Origin: Candidatus Latescibacterota bacterium
Lineage (GTDB): Bacteria; Latescibacterota; UBA2968
Length of the DNA: 64,000 nt
Direction of reading: 5' to 3'
Assembly (NCBI GenBank): GCA_965204745.1
Contig: OZ242010.1
Coordinates: 448,001-512,000 of the forward strand
Shown: piece by piece, positions 1-10,045 of the stretch
Numbering within the stretch: position 1 is the stretch's first letter
How the letters are laid out: every line of letters begins with the position of its first letter
Position numbers and translations under genes: made by a program
The notes under the pieces: model-generated
Told to the model about the DNA's origin: nothing
Databases searched by the model: none
What the model saw: only the letters and a program-made list of their open reading frames with translations

Positions 1-1259
1 ATTTCAACTTCGAGTTGACGGCATGAAGCCAAGAGCGATTCGACGCGCTCGATAATTGCAACTTGCTCAGTCTGCGACGGCACCGGAATCAAAATTCTAT
101 CCATCTTGTTTTTGGGGAGTCCTTCTCGTCCGGATCCTGTTTGGGCTTCTATTATCTGCCTTTGAAAATAGGGAGAAAGCAACACTTTGTGAACAAACTG
201 ACCCATATCTCGCTCGACGGGTCTAATTATTGAAACATGCTGATTGATGTTCGCTTCGTCAAATTCGTCGTGAACGATGGCACTTCTGCCTATCGAGCCG
301 CCGGTGATATTCAGAAGAACGTCTCGCGGGTACACAACAGAACCTCTCATTTGAATATGTGTAAATTTGGGGATATAAACGAGGCCATTGAGGCCAATGC
401 CGTCGTCGTGAACATTTTGCGATCTGAGGAACGGAATGCCTGATGAAACATAGGCCGTTTTGCCGCCGCGAGGAGTGCTCCCCGATCCAGTCTTTTCACA
501 CAAGTCCCCCAATCGGCACCACGCCCATCCCTCTGGAATCTCAAACGGAATTTCTTCCGGTGCTATCGGCGGTAGCGGTTTTTCCCTGCGGATTTTCTTT
601 TTGGCGACGAGCCGTTGCTTTTCCCCGCGAATGCGCTCGAGCAACTGACTTGCGGGTTCGACATCGGGGTTCTCTTGCCGCCAATCCGCCGTCAACTTGC
701 CTTGTACCGCCTCGTGCAAAATCGCCTGCTTGAGTTGGGTGAGGAGGGTTTCTTGGTGGGCAATTTCTTTTAAGAGTTTAGCTTGCTCGGAACAACAAGC
801 GTCCATTTGAAAAATAAGTTCATCTTGGATATGGATCGGAGGCGATGGAATGTGAATGCCAAATAGTGCCTGTGGTTGAATGCGTTTTGTCGCGGCTCCT
901 TTGGCTATTGATACCAATGTTTGATAGCAGTTTCCTTGTTTGAAGAAGTACTCTATCCATTTTGGTCGCATGGCTTCGGAAACATCAAAAGCGGGCAAAT
1001 CTGAACTGCTTTCAAAGCGATCTAATTCATTCGGAATAACACCAAATGCGCCCTTATGCAGATTTTGTTTTCCGTAAATGAACTGGCCTGAACGTCTGAT
1101 AAAATAGCGCGTTACTCCTTTTCTCTCCGTAACTACCGGTCTTTTTTCTACTCCCTCAGCATTGAGCCGGACCCTTATGCGCCGTTCAACAGCAGGATTT
1201 GTAGAAATGATCCTACTTTCCGACAAGAAATTCCCAAGCGGTTTTAGAGGCCAATTCAT
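1..1259 (-). CDS. hsdS: Type I restriction-modification specificity subunit HsdS (partial, runs off window start)
   Basis: Not in the ORF track. ATG at 1259 overlaps the hsdM TGA (ATGA). Manual translation gives MNWPLKPLGNFLSESR...GQFIYGKQNLHKGAFGVIP...; it is lower in GC and lies directly downstream of hsdM. Confidence 0.85.
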   Translation of the reverse strand, partial: MNWPLKPLGNFLSESRIISTNPAVERRIRVRLNAEGVEKRPVVTERKGVTRYFIRRSGQFIYGKQNLHKGAFGVIPNELDRFESSSDLPAFDVSEAMRPKWIEYFFKQGNCYQTLVSIAKGAATKRIQPQALFGIHIPSPPIHIQDELIFQMDACCSEQAKLLKEIAHQETLLTQLKQAILHEAVQGKLTADWRQENPDVEPASQLLERIRGEKQRLVAKKKIRREKPLPPIAPEEIPFEIPEGWAWCRLGDLCEKTGSGSTPRGGKTAYVSSGIPFLRSQNVHDDGIGLNGLVYIPKFTHIQMRGSVVYPRDVLLNITGGSIGRSAIVHDEFDEANINQHVSIIRPVERDMGQFVHKVLLSPYFQRQIIEAQTGSGREGLPKNKMDRILIPVPSQTEQVAIIERVESLLASCRQLEVE

Positions 1260-2689
1260 CTTAAGAAACTCCTGATCGCATCGAGATGTTTGCGGGATTG
1301 GTCAAAACTATCGTTCATTTTTTGAATAATATCGACAACGCAAAGATCATTCTCTTCTTCTCGTATGTTTGGATTCTTCACGTCCAAATCAAACCCTTCC
1401 TTCAAATCCCCAACCCTCACCCGCCAAGCGACCTCATTCTCCTCGCGCTCGTTCCACCAAGCTAGCATCGCTTCAAATTCGTGAAAATAGATGGGCTTGG
1501 TTTTGGAATAACTCTTTTGACCTTCGGGCAAGCGGTGCTCGTAGTACCAAATTTCCTTGGTGGGCGTGCCCTTTTCAAAAAAGAGCAGATTGGTCGAAAC
1601 AGTCGCCGGATGGAACGTAGATTGCGGCAGGCGAACAATGGTGTGGACATTGCAGTCGGTCAAGAGCTTCTCGCGGATGCGGACTTTGTAGCCATCCCCG
1701 GTAATGCAGCCATCGGGCAGAACAATGGCCGCCCGGCCACCGGGCTTGAGCAACTGAATCATCAAGACGACAAACAGATCCGCGGATTCCCGACAGCGAA
1801 AGGCTTGTGGAAAATTCGATTCCACCCCCTCGGCAATGCCGGCGCCAAAAGGCGGATTCGCCAAAATAACATCCACCTGCTGACGCGGGCCAATGCCGTT
1901 GTATTCCGTCTTGAGACTGTCCATGTAGTGCCAGTCCGGCACCTCCATGCCGTGCAGAATCAAATTCGTGAGACCGAGGACATAAGCAACCGGCTTGTAT
2001 TCCCAACCGGTGATGGACTTTTGGAGCATCGCTTCGTCGTGGAGGGTGTGAACATACTGTTCGCGCACATAGTCGATGGCGGCACTGAGGAACCCCCCTG
2101 TCCCGGCTGCCGGATCGAGCACCTTTTCGCCGAGGCGCGGGGCCGTGGTCTGCGTCATCAGTTGCGTAATGGCGCGAGGGGTGTAGTACTCGCCTTTGTT
2201 GCCCGCATCGCGCAACTCGACGAGGATGCTCTCGTAAATGGTGCCGAAAATTTGGCGGTCTTCCGAGTTGTTGAAGTCAAAGCCGTTGAGTTGATTGATC
2301 ACTTGGCGCATCGCATAGCCCGACTTCATGTAGTTGTTCGACCCGTCAAAAACCTCGCGCACGAGCATCGCGCGGTTGGGAGCGGTGGCGGACTGGAGAT
2401 TTTTGAGTGTGACGAACAGACCATCGTTGGGGTCATCGACAAAGGCGAGCAATTCGTCGCCGGTGATGCCTTCGGGATCGACCGCCCAAGTGCGCCACTG
2501 GAATCGCTGCGGGATGACGGATGTATAATCGTCGCGAATGAGTTCCAACTCCTGATCCTTCTCGTCCAAAATTTTGAGAAAGATCATCCAGCCGAGTTGC
2601 TCGAGTCGCTGGGCATCGCCAGAAATGCCTTGGTCCTCATTCCGCATAATGTTGCGGACGTTTTTGATGATTGCAGAGATATTCGCCAT
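1256..2689 (-). CDS. hsdM: Type I R-M N6-adenine methyltransferase HsdM
   Basis: GEYYTPR, VLDPAAGTGGF (motif I), ILANPPF (motif IV), GRAAIVLPDG. Confidence 0.95.
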   Translation of the reverse strand: MANISAIIKNVRNIMRNEDQGISGDAQRLEQLGWMIFLKILDEKDQELELIRDDYTSVIPQRFQWRTWAVDPEGITGDELLAFVDDPNDGLFVTLKNLQSATAPNRAMLVREVFDGSNNYMKSGYAMRQVINQLNGFDFNNSEDRQIFGTIYESILVELRDAGNKGEYYTPRAITQLMTQTTAPRLGEKVLDPAAGTGGFLSAAIDYVREQYVHTLHDEAMLQKSITGWEYKPVAYVLGLTNLILHGMEVPDWHYMDSLKTEYNGIGPRQQVDVILANPPFGAGIAEGVESNFPQAFRCRESADLFVVLMIQLLKPGGRAAIVLPDGCITGDGYKVRIREKLLTDCNVHTIVRLPQSTFHPATVSTNLLFFEKGTPTKEIWYYEHRLPEGQKSYSKTKPIYFHEFEAMLAWWNEREENEVAWRVRVGDLKEGFDLDVKNPNIREEENDLCVVDIIQKMNDSFDQSRKHLDAIRSFLR

Positions 2690-2701
2690 AAGTGTCCGTT
2701 C

Positions 2702-5080
2702 CTATGCCGCTCGATACAGCGCGGCGGTGAGCTCGCGGATGGCGGCGGCGTAACCGGCTTTGCCACCAAAAGCGCGGTTGATCTCTAGCACCGTGCCGAG
2801 TTGCTTGATGGGGTCGAGCGTGAGGATAGCGGGATTCTCCAAATCCGTCAAACCGTCGTCGGCGTATTTGTCCAAGAGCGCGTCGATGACCTTGCGCGCG
2901 CGGTCGCCATACTTGGCAAAGTAATCGCGCTTCTTGACATCGTCCGCGCGTTCCCGCCGGGTCAGGGGTTTCTGGTCGTAGGCAACATGGCAGATCAAAT
3001 CGAACGGATCGAAGTTCGAGCCGACCTCGTCCCGCAGTGCGGGCCAAATAACGCCCTGTTTTTCCAACTCCTCAACGAGCACACGCTTCTTGTCGGCCTG
3101 CCGCCACGAGTTCAGAAACGCATCGAGGGTGGCGTAGTTCTTCTGCACATTGCGGCGGGTATAGCCGCGCAAACTCTCGGTGATAATTTTGCCGTCTTCC
3201 CCCATGTAATGCACGCGCTCATTGAGCACGGAAACCTCGACGCCGTTGACGGTGACCTTTCGCGTTATCCCGTAGTCGTTCCGACTATCCTCTCGAAAAA
3301 GAGGGGAGGGGGTAAAAACGACTTCATCGCCGGTCAACGCATCGATCAGCGGCGCATCGCCCATCTCTTTATCGACCTCGGAAAGGTCTTCACGTTGCGA
3401 CGCCTCTTTGACGCGGACCGGGTCGCCATCAAACGCGGGGTCGGCAAACAAGGCCGTGACATTGCGGAAGTCCAAAATCGTGAAGTAGTGTTTCCCAAAG
3501 TCCTCATTGATGCGCGTGCCCCGTCCGATGATTTGCTTAAACTCAGTCGGCGATCCAATATTGGCGTCGAGGACGATCAACTTGCAGGTTTGTGCATCGA
3601 TGCCGGTGGTCATCAGCTTGGAGGTCGTGGCGATAACCGGGTACCGCTCGTTGGGGTCGATAAAGGCGTCGAGGTGGCGTTTGCCCTCTTCGTTGTCTCC
3701 CGTGATCTGCATGACGTATTTGCTGTTTTGGGACATCGGGTCGGCATTGGCATTCACGAGCGCACGCCGCATGCCTTCGGCGTGTTCGATATCCACGCAG
3801 AATACGATGGTTTTAGCAAAGCGGTCGCTGCTCTTGAGAAATTCGGTGATCTTTGCAGCCACCAACCGGCGGCGTTCCTCGACCACGATGGTTTTGTCGA
3901 AATCCCGCCTATTGTATATGCGATCCGCGACGACATGCCCGTCCTTGTCTTTGAAGCCCTTGGGTGGACGCCATCCCTCGGCGTCGATGTCGAGCGTGAC
4001 TTTGATGACCTTATAGGGCGCGAGAAAGCCATCGTCGATCCCCTGTTTGAGCGAGTAGGTGTAAAGCGGATCCCCGAAGTATTCGGAACTGGACACCTCG
4101 GTGGTCTCTTTGGGGGTTGCCGTGAGGCCGAGGTGTGAAGCCCCGTTGAAGTATTCGAGGATTTCGCGCCACTTGCTATCTTCTCGCGCGCTGCCTCGGT
4201 GACACTCATCCACGACGACGAGATCAAAAAAATTGGGGCTGAATCGTTTGTAGGTATCTTCCGATTTGTGGTCAGAAAGCCCTTGATAGAGCGCGAGGTA
4301 GATGTTGTAGGCGGTATCGACGGTTCGGTTTTTGACGACGGTCATGGCCTCTTTGAAGTGGCGAAAGTCGCCGCGCGCGGTTTGGTCGATCAAGGCGGTG
4401 CGGTCGGCGAGGAACAGGACGCGCTTTTTGACGCCGCTTTTCCAAAGCCGATAGATAATTTGGGATGCGACATAGGTTTTTCCCGTGCCGGTCGCCATGA
4501 CCAACAGCACCCGCTCATCGCCTCGCGCTATGGCCTCAACCGCCCGGTTAATGGCGATCTGCTGATAGTAGCGCGGCGAACGCTCGCTCCCGTCGGCGAA
4601 ATAGTCTTGGGCGACGACCGGTTCATGGTTCGCCGCGATGCCTTTGTACGCGGTGTATTTGGCCCAGAGTATTGCGGGCGAGGGAAATGAATCGAGGGGC
4701 AACTCGGCTTCCAGCGCGTCACCGGTCGAGGTCTTGTCGTGAAAAACGAAGCCATCGCCATTGCTGCTGAACACAAAGGGGATGTCTAAAATTTCAGCGT
4801 AGCCGAGGGCCTGCTGCATACCCGCGCCGACGGTGTGCGCGTTGTCCTTTGCTTCGATGACAGCGATGGGAATGTGCGGTTTGTAGTAGAGAATGTAGTC
4901 GGCAAACTTTCTCTTTCCCCGAGTGTGCATGTTACCCCGCACGTAAATCCGCCCATCCGTGAGATGGACCTCTTCCCGAATCTGGGTCTGCATGTCCCAT
5001 CCGGCATCGACCAAAGCCGGCGTGATATACTTCGTGCGGATGTCGCGTTCGCCGAGGTCTTTTTTGCTTTTTTGGATCAT
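2702..5080 (-). CDS. hsdR: Type I restriction endonuclease HsdR (EcoEI-like C-terminus)
   Basis: ADYILY...IEAK nuclease motif, MATGTGKT Walker A, DECH box, QIIGRGTR; start taken at MIQKSKK (5080) rather than the extended ORF. Confidence 0.93.
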   Translation of the reverse strand: MIQKSKKDLGERDIRTKYITPALVDAGWDMQTQIREEVHLTDGRIYVRGNMHTRGKRKFADYILYYKPHIPIAVIEAKDNAHTVGAGMQQALGYAEILDIPFVFSSNGDGFVFHDKTSTGDALEAELPLDSFPSPAILWAKYTAYKGIAANHEPVVAQDYFADGSERSPRYYQQIAINRAVEAIARGDERVLLVMATGTGKTYVASQIIYRLWKSGVKKRVLFLADRTALIDQTARGDFRHFKEAMTVVKNRTVDTAYNIYLALYQGLSDHKSEDTYKRFSPNFFDLVVVDECHRGSAREDSKWREILEYFNGASHLGLTATPKETTEVSSSEYFGDPLYTYSLKQGIDDGFLAPYKVIKVTLDIDAEGWRPPKGFKDKDGHVVADRIYNRRDFDKTIVVEERRRLVAAKITEFLKSSDRFAKTIVFCVDIEHAEGMRRALVNANADPMSQNSKYVMQITGDNEEGKRHLDAFIDPNERYPVIATTSKLMTTGIDAQTCKLIVLDANIGSPTEFKQIIGRGTRINEDFGKHYFTILDFRNVTALFADPAFDGDPVRVKEASQREDLSEVDKEMGDAPLIDALTGDEVVFTPSPLFREDSRNDYGITRKVTVNGVEVSVLNERVHYMGEDGKIITESLRGYTRRNVQKNYATLDAFLNSWRQADKKRVLVEELEKQGVIWPALRDEVGSNFDPFDLICHVAYDQKPLTRRERADDVKKRDYFAKYGDRARKVIDALLDKYADDGLTDLENPAILTLDPIKQLGTVLEINRAFGGKAGYAAAIRELTAALYRAA

Positions 5081-5127
5081 TTTTCTCTGTCGGGTTTTGG
5101 GATTATTGACCGGGGACTGACCGCGCA

Positions 5128-6285
5128 CTAAAGACGAGTTGCATCGGCGATGATTGCCTGAATATCCACGACGCCGCACCCCGGCCCTTGCGGGATGCTC
5201 ATTTTGCCATCTCGAATTTCGAGCGCGGGGGTGAACCAATCGCGGTATTTTTCTATGCCTCGTTTGTATTCCTGGTACCGGCCGATAGCCGGCGTTATGG
5301 CGGCAAAGAGGAGCATGTAGATAAACCCGAAGCCGCCCGAGATGTGAACCGTTGTCGGCATGCCGGCCAGGGCGGCCATGCGCGCGACGCGCGACGAGCG
5401 AATCAGGCCGCCGTAATAGTGCAAGTCCGGTTGCACGATGTCCACGCCGCGGTTGGCGATCATCCAGCGAAACCGCCGGTCACTAAATTCCTGCTCGCCC
5501 CCGGAAACCGGAATGTCCAGCGCGTCCGCGACGGCCTTTGTGTCTTCGAGATGGTCAAATGGGCAGGGTTCTTCAAAATACACCGCGCCTATGTCTTCGA
5601 GCATGCGCCCGACTTCAATGGCCTGCGGGGGATCGTAAGAGCTGTTGGAATCCGCGTGAATGTCGATCTCATCGCCCAGGGTTTTGCGGGACAAGGCGAT
5701 CAACTTCGGCGTGCGCCCGGGCATGGCGTCCTCGTTTTTGCTCATGCGCCCGCCGATTCTAAATTTTATGGCCCTCGCGCCCGTCTCGTCGATCAGACGC
5801 TGCAAATAAACCACTTCCTCTTCCGGCGTGCTGTCTCGCCGCCCACTCGCCACGTAAAACGCCGCCTGATCGCGCACTGCGCCGCCCATGAGTTCGGGGA
5901 TGGATTTTCGCGCTACGCGGCCGAGCAAGTCCAACAGGGCCATCTCGACCCAAGCCACGCAACACCAAAATGCCAATCCCTGTAATTTGTAATTGCTTTT
6001 GTGCCGATACACGCCCCACAACAGGTCTTCGAGGTCGCGGGCGTCTTTTCCGATGAAGTAGGGAATGACCAACCGATTGAGGATCGGATGCGCGTATTGC
6101 GCGCGCCCATTGGTGAACGCCAGTCCCTCCGCGCCATCTGTGGAACGGACATGGACGTAGTATTCCCGGTCATCTTTGAGCAGTTGGATGGACGCGATTG
6201 CGACGGGTTCAGTCAGGCCGTCTAATACCAAAACGGGTTTTGCCGCGGCCTCGTCCAGCGCCGCGATACTCGGGGTTGGGGTCAT
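5128..6285 (-). CDS. Mandelate racemase/muconate lactonizing enzyme family (enolase superfamily)
   Basis: KFRIG, HADSNS, YFEEPC, GGEQE, VQPD motifs; GGAGG RBS before ATG 6285. Confidence 0.85.
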   Translation of the reverse strand: MTPTPSIAALDEAAAKPVLVLDGLTEPVAIASIQLLKDDREYYVHVRSTDGAEGLAFTNGRAQYAHPILNRLVIPYFIGKDARDLEDLLWGVYRHKSNYKLQGLAFWCCVAWVEMALLDLLGRVARKSIPELMGGAVRDQAAFYVASGRRDSTPEEEVVYLQRLIDETGARAIKFRIGGRMSKNEDAMPGRTPKLIALSRKTLGDEIDIHADSNSSYDPPQAIEVGRMLEDIGAVYFEEPCPFDHLEDTKAVADALDIPVSGGEQEFSDRRFRWMIANRGVDIVQPDLHYYGGLIRSSRVARMAALAGMPTTVHISGGFGFIYMLLFAAITPAIGRYQEYKRGIEKYRDWFTPALEIRDGKMSIPQGPGCGVVDIQAIIADATRL

Positions 6286-6320
6286 AGTGCCTCCGCTGGG
6301 AAAGGGACGAATGACAACTC

Positions 6321-7352
6321 CTAAACTTCCACATCGAATTTTTTCGCGGTCTCGCAAATCTGTTCCCAGGTCGTCTCTTCTATGGGAATCCCCTCTGCCT
6401 TGCGCGTGCGTGCTTCGCGCCATGATCGCTCGCCCGGCACGAGGATGTCGTCAAAGCCCGGTGCTGTTTTTGTCGATTTCACATAGTCGATAAATCGCCC
6501 CACTTCGGCCTTAAAATCCGCGATGGGTAGGAAGGCGTCGATGCGAATGGCCTGGGCGAACAGGGCATTGCCCGTCACCGGCGAATTTGCGCGCGTACAC
6601 CCGGCGGGCGACAGGGCACCGGACAAAATATCCAAAACAAATGCCAAGCCGTATCCTTTGTGACCGCCAAACGGGGTCAGCGCGGCCTCGCCCCGCACGT
6701 AATCCGCGGGATCCGTTGTGGGGTTGCCCTCGGCGTCGATCAGCCAGTCTTTGGGAACGCGCTCGCCTCGGGCCAAGGCCACCCGCATCTTGCCACCTGC
6801 CGCTGTGGCTGCGGTCAAATCCAGCGCGATGGGAAACGCGCGATCTGAGGGAAACGCAACAGCCAAACAGTTGGCGGACAAAACGCGCCCAAGACCGCCC
6901 CATGGCGCCATCGAAAGGTCCGCGCCATGACCGTTGTTGCACATCAGCCCGATCATAGCTTCGTCCGCGGCGATAGCGGGATAGCCCCCCAACCGTCCGA
7001 CGTGATTGCACTGGTGAACGGTGACGATCCCCACGGCACTTTTGCGCGCCTTTTCAATCGCTAGGTGCATGGCTTTGGTCGCCGTTACATGCCCAAACCC
7101 CCAGTGCCCGTTCACCGCGGCGGTCGCATCGGTTTCGCGCTCGATTTCCACCGTTGTGCCGAGTTGGATTTGACCGCGCTCAACCGCTGTCACGTATTGC
7201 GGAATACGCACCACGCCGTGCGAATCGTGGCCCGCGAGATTGGACGATACCAGCAAATCGGACACCGTGCGGGCCTCTTCGGCCGTGGTGCCCACACGTT
7301 CGAAAACCTCGCGGCCAATGCGCCGCAACTCATCGGGATTCAAAATTGGCAT
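6321..7352 (-). CDS. Ldh_2 family (malate/L-lactate/ureidoglycolate-type) oxidoreductase
   Basis: GHDSHGV, NHVGRLG, GGHKGYGL, ILVPGE motifs. Confidence 0.88.
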   Translation of the reverse strand: MPILNPDELRRIGREVFERVGTTAEEARTVSDLLVSSNLAGHDSHGVVRIPQYVTAVERGQIQLGTTVEIERETDATAAVNGHWGFGHVTATKAMHLAIEKARKSAVGIVTVHQCNHVGRLGGYPAIAADEAMIGLMCNNGHGADLSMAPWGGLGRVLSANCLAVAFPSDRAFPIALDLTAATAAGGKMRVALARGERVPKDWLIDAEGNPTTDPADYVRGEAALTPFGGHKGYGLAFVLDILSGALSPAGCTRANSPVTGNALFAQAIRIDAFLPIADFKAEVGRFIDYVKSTKTAPGFDDILVPGERSWREARTRKAEGIPIEETTWEQICETAKKFDVEV

Positions 7353-7369
7353 GGAAAGCGACCTCGTCC

Positions 7370-9220
7370 TTACGCCTCGTACATTTCGGCGATTTCTTTT
7401 GCAAAAAGCGATTCGATCTTTTTGGGCACGACCTTTTTCAATCCCCGCGTGAGGCTACCCGCTTCTTCGCTCAACTGCGTGGGCAAGACCAACACCCTTT
7501 GCGGACGCTCGTACCCGGGCAGGCCAGCCGCCGCGGCTTCTTTCAACAACTGCTGCCGAACGCGCTCGGCAATTGCGGGGTGGCGGCGCAGGGCGTCCTC
7601 GTCCTTTGTGGGCAAGTCGGGGATATCCGTTTGCAGGGCAGCCTCTTCTGCGTTCACGGTGACGACGGGCAGGGGGAACGTGCGGGTTTGGTCCCCACAG
7701 ATGAGGACGTGCTCGATCAAGGGCACCCGGGCAAAGATGCGTTCCAGCCGCTCCGGATTGACAAACTCGCCATTTTTCAACTTGAACTGCCGGCCCAAGC
7801 GTCCCTGAAAAGTCAAAAATCCGGCGTCGTCCATGCTGAACAAATCCCCCGTGCGGTACCACACCTTGCCCGCGTCGTCGGTGATGAGCACTTCCGCCGT
7901 GCGCTCGGGGTCGTCCAAATACCCGGTCATGACGTGATCGCCGTGGACCCACAATTCGCCGCTGCCCTCGCCGCTGCCGCGATAGGATTCGGTTTTCGGA
8001 TCGCCATGGGCAATTTCCTCGCCCGTCTCGGTGATGATCTTGACTTCTTGCAATGGCTGTCCGACGGTGCCGGTCTTTTGTCCACCGAGCGTATTGGCCG
8101 CGATCAGCGGGCTGCACTCGGTGACGCCATAGCCTTCGAATGAGACGATGTCGAGCACGTCTTGAAAAAAGTCGAGGGCCTCGGGATCGGCCTTTGCCGA
8201 GCCGACGATGAGCAGTTCGAGGCGCGACCCTACGCGCTGTGAGAGCCGCGCTTTAATTTGCCCGACCACCTTTTTGCCCAGCGTGGCATTGACGAGGTGA
8301 TCGATGATCGATGCCTCGCCGCGGGCAATGCGCTGTTTGGCCCGCACGGAGCGCGCGATCAATTTGCCTTTTGCCCCACCCGCTTCAATTTCTTTTCGCA
8401 CATTGCCAAATACTTTGTCCAAAATCAGCGGCACGGTCAAAAACCCGTGGGGTTCGGAATGGCGAATATCCACCAGCACGCGATCTGGCGACCGCGCGAG
8501 ATCCAGGGTCCAGCCCTTTGCCAAGGGAAAGTAAATGTTCAAAATGCCCATCGTGTGATAATCCGGCGCGGACTTGAACAACACCAACTCATCGCGCTCG
8601 CTGATCGTATCCCACACGGATTGGACATTGCCCACGAGGTTGCGGTGCGTTTGAATCACGCCCTTGGGCAATCCAGACGAGCCCGAGGTATAGACGATTT
8701 TCGATTCGTCCTCCGGGACAATGGTCACATCGGGCGGCGGCGAGGTCGCGCCTTGTTGTGCCAACTGAAAAAATGAGAGCGCGTCATCGGCTTGGCCTTC
8801 TGTGAGCACCACTTGCGGGGGATTGTTCAGTTGCTCGCGCACGCGCGCCACCTGTTCCAAACTTTTCGCATCGGCAAACAAATACGCGATGCCCGAGTGG
8901 TTGACGTTGTGGACGAGCAAATCGTCGGGCAACTTGTTGCAGAGAGGCACGGCGGTCAAACCGAGCATATCGCACGCGAGAAAGACCAGCACGGATTCCA
9001 AACCGCCATCGGTCAAAAGCCCGAGACGCTGCCCCTTTTCCAAGCCCAGTTGCGCCAGGCCCGAGGCCAAGCGGTCGCGCTGCTCTTTCACTTGCCGATA
9101 CGTCAACGGCACATAGCGCAAGCCCTTTTCGCCGGGCTGTTCGGACTGGCGCAACACGCGAACAGCCGTGCGCTCGGCATGGCGTTCAAAGCTATTGTTC
9201 AACAAATCCTTCAGTGTCAT
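7370..9220 (-). CDS. Long-chain acyl-CoA synthetase (AMP-binding)
   Basis: YTSGSSGLPKG, EGYGVTE, YRTGD, FKLKNGEFVNP motifs. Confidence 0.88.
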   Translation of the reverse strand: MTLKDLLNNSFERHAERTAVRVLRQSEQPGEKGLRYVPLTYRQVKEQRDRLASGLAQLGLEKGQRLGLLTDGGLESVLVFLACDMLGLTAVPLCNKLPDDLLVHNVNHSGIAYLFADAKSLEQVARVREQLNNPPQVVLTEGQADDALSFFQLAQQGATSPPPDVTIVPEDESKIVYTSGSSGLPKGVIQTHRNLVGNVQSVWDTISERDELVLFKSAPDYHTMGILNIYFPLAKGWTLDLARSPDRVLVDIRHSEPHGFLTVPLILDKVFGNVRKEIEAGGAKGKLIARSVRAKQRIARGEASIIDHLVNATLGKKVVGQIKARLSQRVGSRLELLIVGSAKADPEALDFFQDVLDIVSFEGYGVTECSPLIAANTLGGQKTGTVGQPLQEVKIITETGEEIAHGDPKTESYRGSGEGSGELWVHGDHVMTGYLDDPERTAEVLITDDAGKVWYRTGDLFSMDDAGFLTFQGRLGRQFKLKNGEFVNPERLERIFARVPLIEHVLICGDQTRTFPLPVVTVNAEEAALQTDIPDLPTKDEDALRRHPAIAERVRQQLLKEAAAAGLPGYERPQRVLVLPTQLSEEAGSLTRGLKKVVPKKIESLFAKEIAEMYEA

Positions 9221-9250
9221 CTTCCCTCCTCTTGGACGAGTTTCATCCCA

Positions 9251-9841
9251 CTATTTTTTTTTAATATATCCCTCGGCGACCATCTGTTCAACTAATTCTC
9301 GCACGCAATCCCACAGCATCGGGGCGCCAATGGCGATGTGGCTATTGCTTTGCAACACGCGATCAGCCGCAATTCCGTGTTCTCGCCAAGCGCGCCCACA
9401 GGTGTGGCAATTGTGCAAAAAGGGTTGGATTCGGTCCATCGCCCCTGCAAATTTCGCCTCGGGCGTCTCCTTGGCTTCAAATTCCTCCCACAGCGCGCGC
9501 AATTCCCCGCCTTGTTCTTCGGGCAACAGGGCAAAAATGCGGTCCGCGGCTTTTGCCTCGCGCTCGGCCTTATCCGCCTGGCCCGCTTCGTCGTAGAGAA
9601 ACGTGTCTCCGGCATCGATCTCCACGAGGTCGTGCACCAGGGCCATTTTGATCACTTTGAGCATATCCACCCGCACGGGCGCGTATTCCGCGAGAACAAT
9701 CGCAAACATCGCAAAATGCCACGAGTGTTCCGCGTCGTTTTCCTTGCGCGTCTCATCGAGCAAATAGGTCTGCCGAAAAATCTGCTTGAGTTTATCGACC
9801 TCGAGGAGAAATGCGAGTTGTCGTTGCAAGCGGTCGGTCAT
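9251..9841 (-). CDS. HD domain phosphohydrolase (YfbR/HDDC2-like)
   Basis: ENDAEHSWH, ALVHDLVEIDAGD, EFE...TPEAKFA motifs; start at MTDRLQRQ, since the longer ORF extends into repeat DNA. Confidence 0.85.
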   Translation of the reverse strand: MTDRLQRQLAFLLEVDKLKQIFRQTYLLDETRKENDAEHSWHFAMFAIVLAEYAPVRVDMLKVIKMALVHDLVEIDAGDTFLYDEAGQADKAEREAKAADRIFALLPEEQGGELRALWEEFEAKETPEAKFAGAMDRIQPFLHNCHTCGRAWREHGIAADRVLQSNSHIAIGAPMLWDCVRELVEQMVAEGYIKKK

Positions 9842-9874
9842 TGTGGTGATTCCAAATGAAGGGAGACGTGAGAG

Positions 9875-9971
9875 GGGAGAAGTAACACCCTGTCTGAATC
9901 GCAGATTAAACGGATTACGCGGATTAGGGCACGCAGGTAGAGCAGGGCTACAAAGAGGCAAAGCATGCGCT
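9875..9971 (+). repeat. Dispersed ~97-bp repeat, copy 1 (core GGGAGAAGTAACACCCTGTCTGAATCGC.GATTAAACGGATTACGCGGATTAGGGCACGCAGGTAG)
   Basis: 66-bp core matches 11188..11253 with one mismatch; weaker similarity continues for ~30 bp. Confidence 0.9.
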
Positions 9972-10045
9972 GAAGCGATTTTGTTCATGATGGCGATGGG
10001 TTGGCTGACCACTGACCGCTAACTGCTTGGGGCATGGGGTTGTCC

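Noticed and set aside
1481-4138. Long plus-strand ORFs (435 and 445 aa) and similar antisense ORFs elsewhere (e.g. 15335..16729, 35813..36847, 51664..52686)
   Set aside because: They are shadow frames opposite well-supported genes in GC-rich DNA and carry no motifs.
5081-5239. N-terminal extensions of hsdR (and of the ORFs at 6423, 10012, 18272, 21847, 36972, 37627, 42207)
   Set aside because: They overlap neighbouring genes or repeats; downstream starts fit family N-termini or RBSs better.
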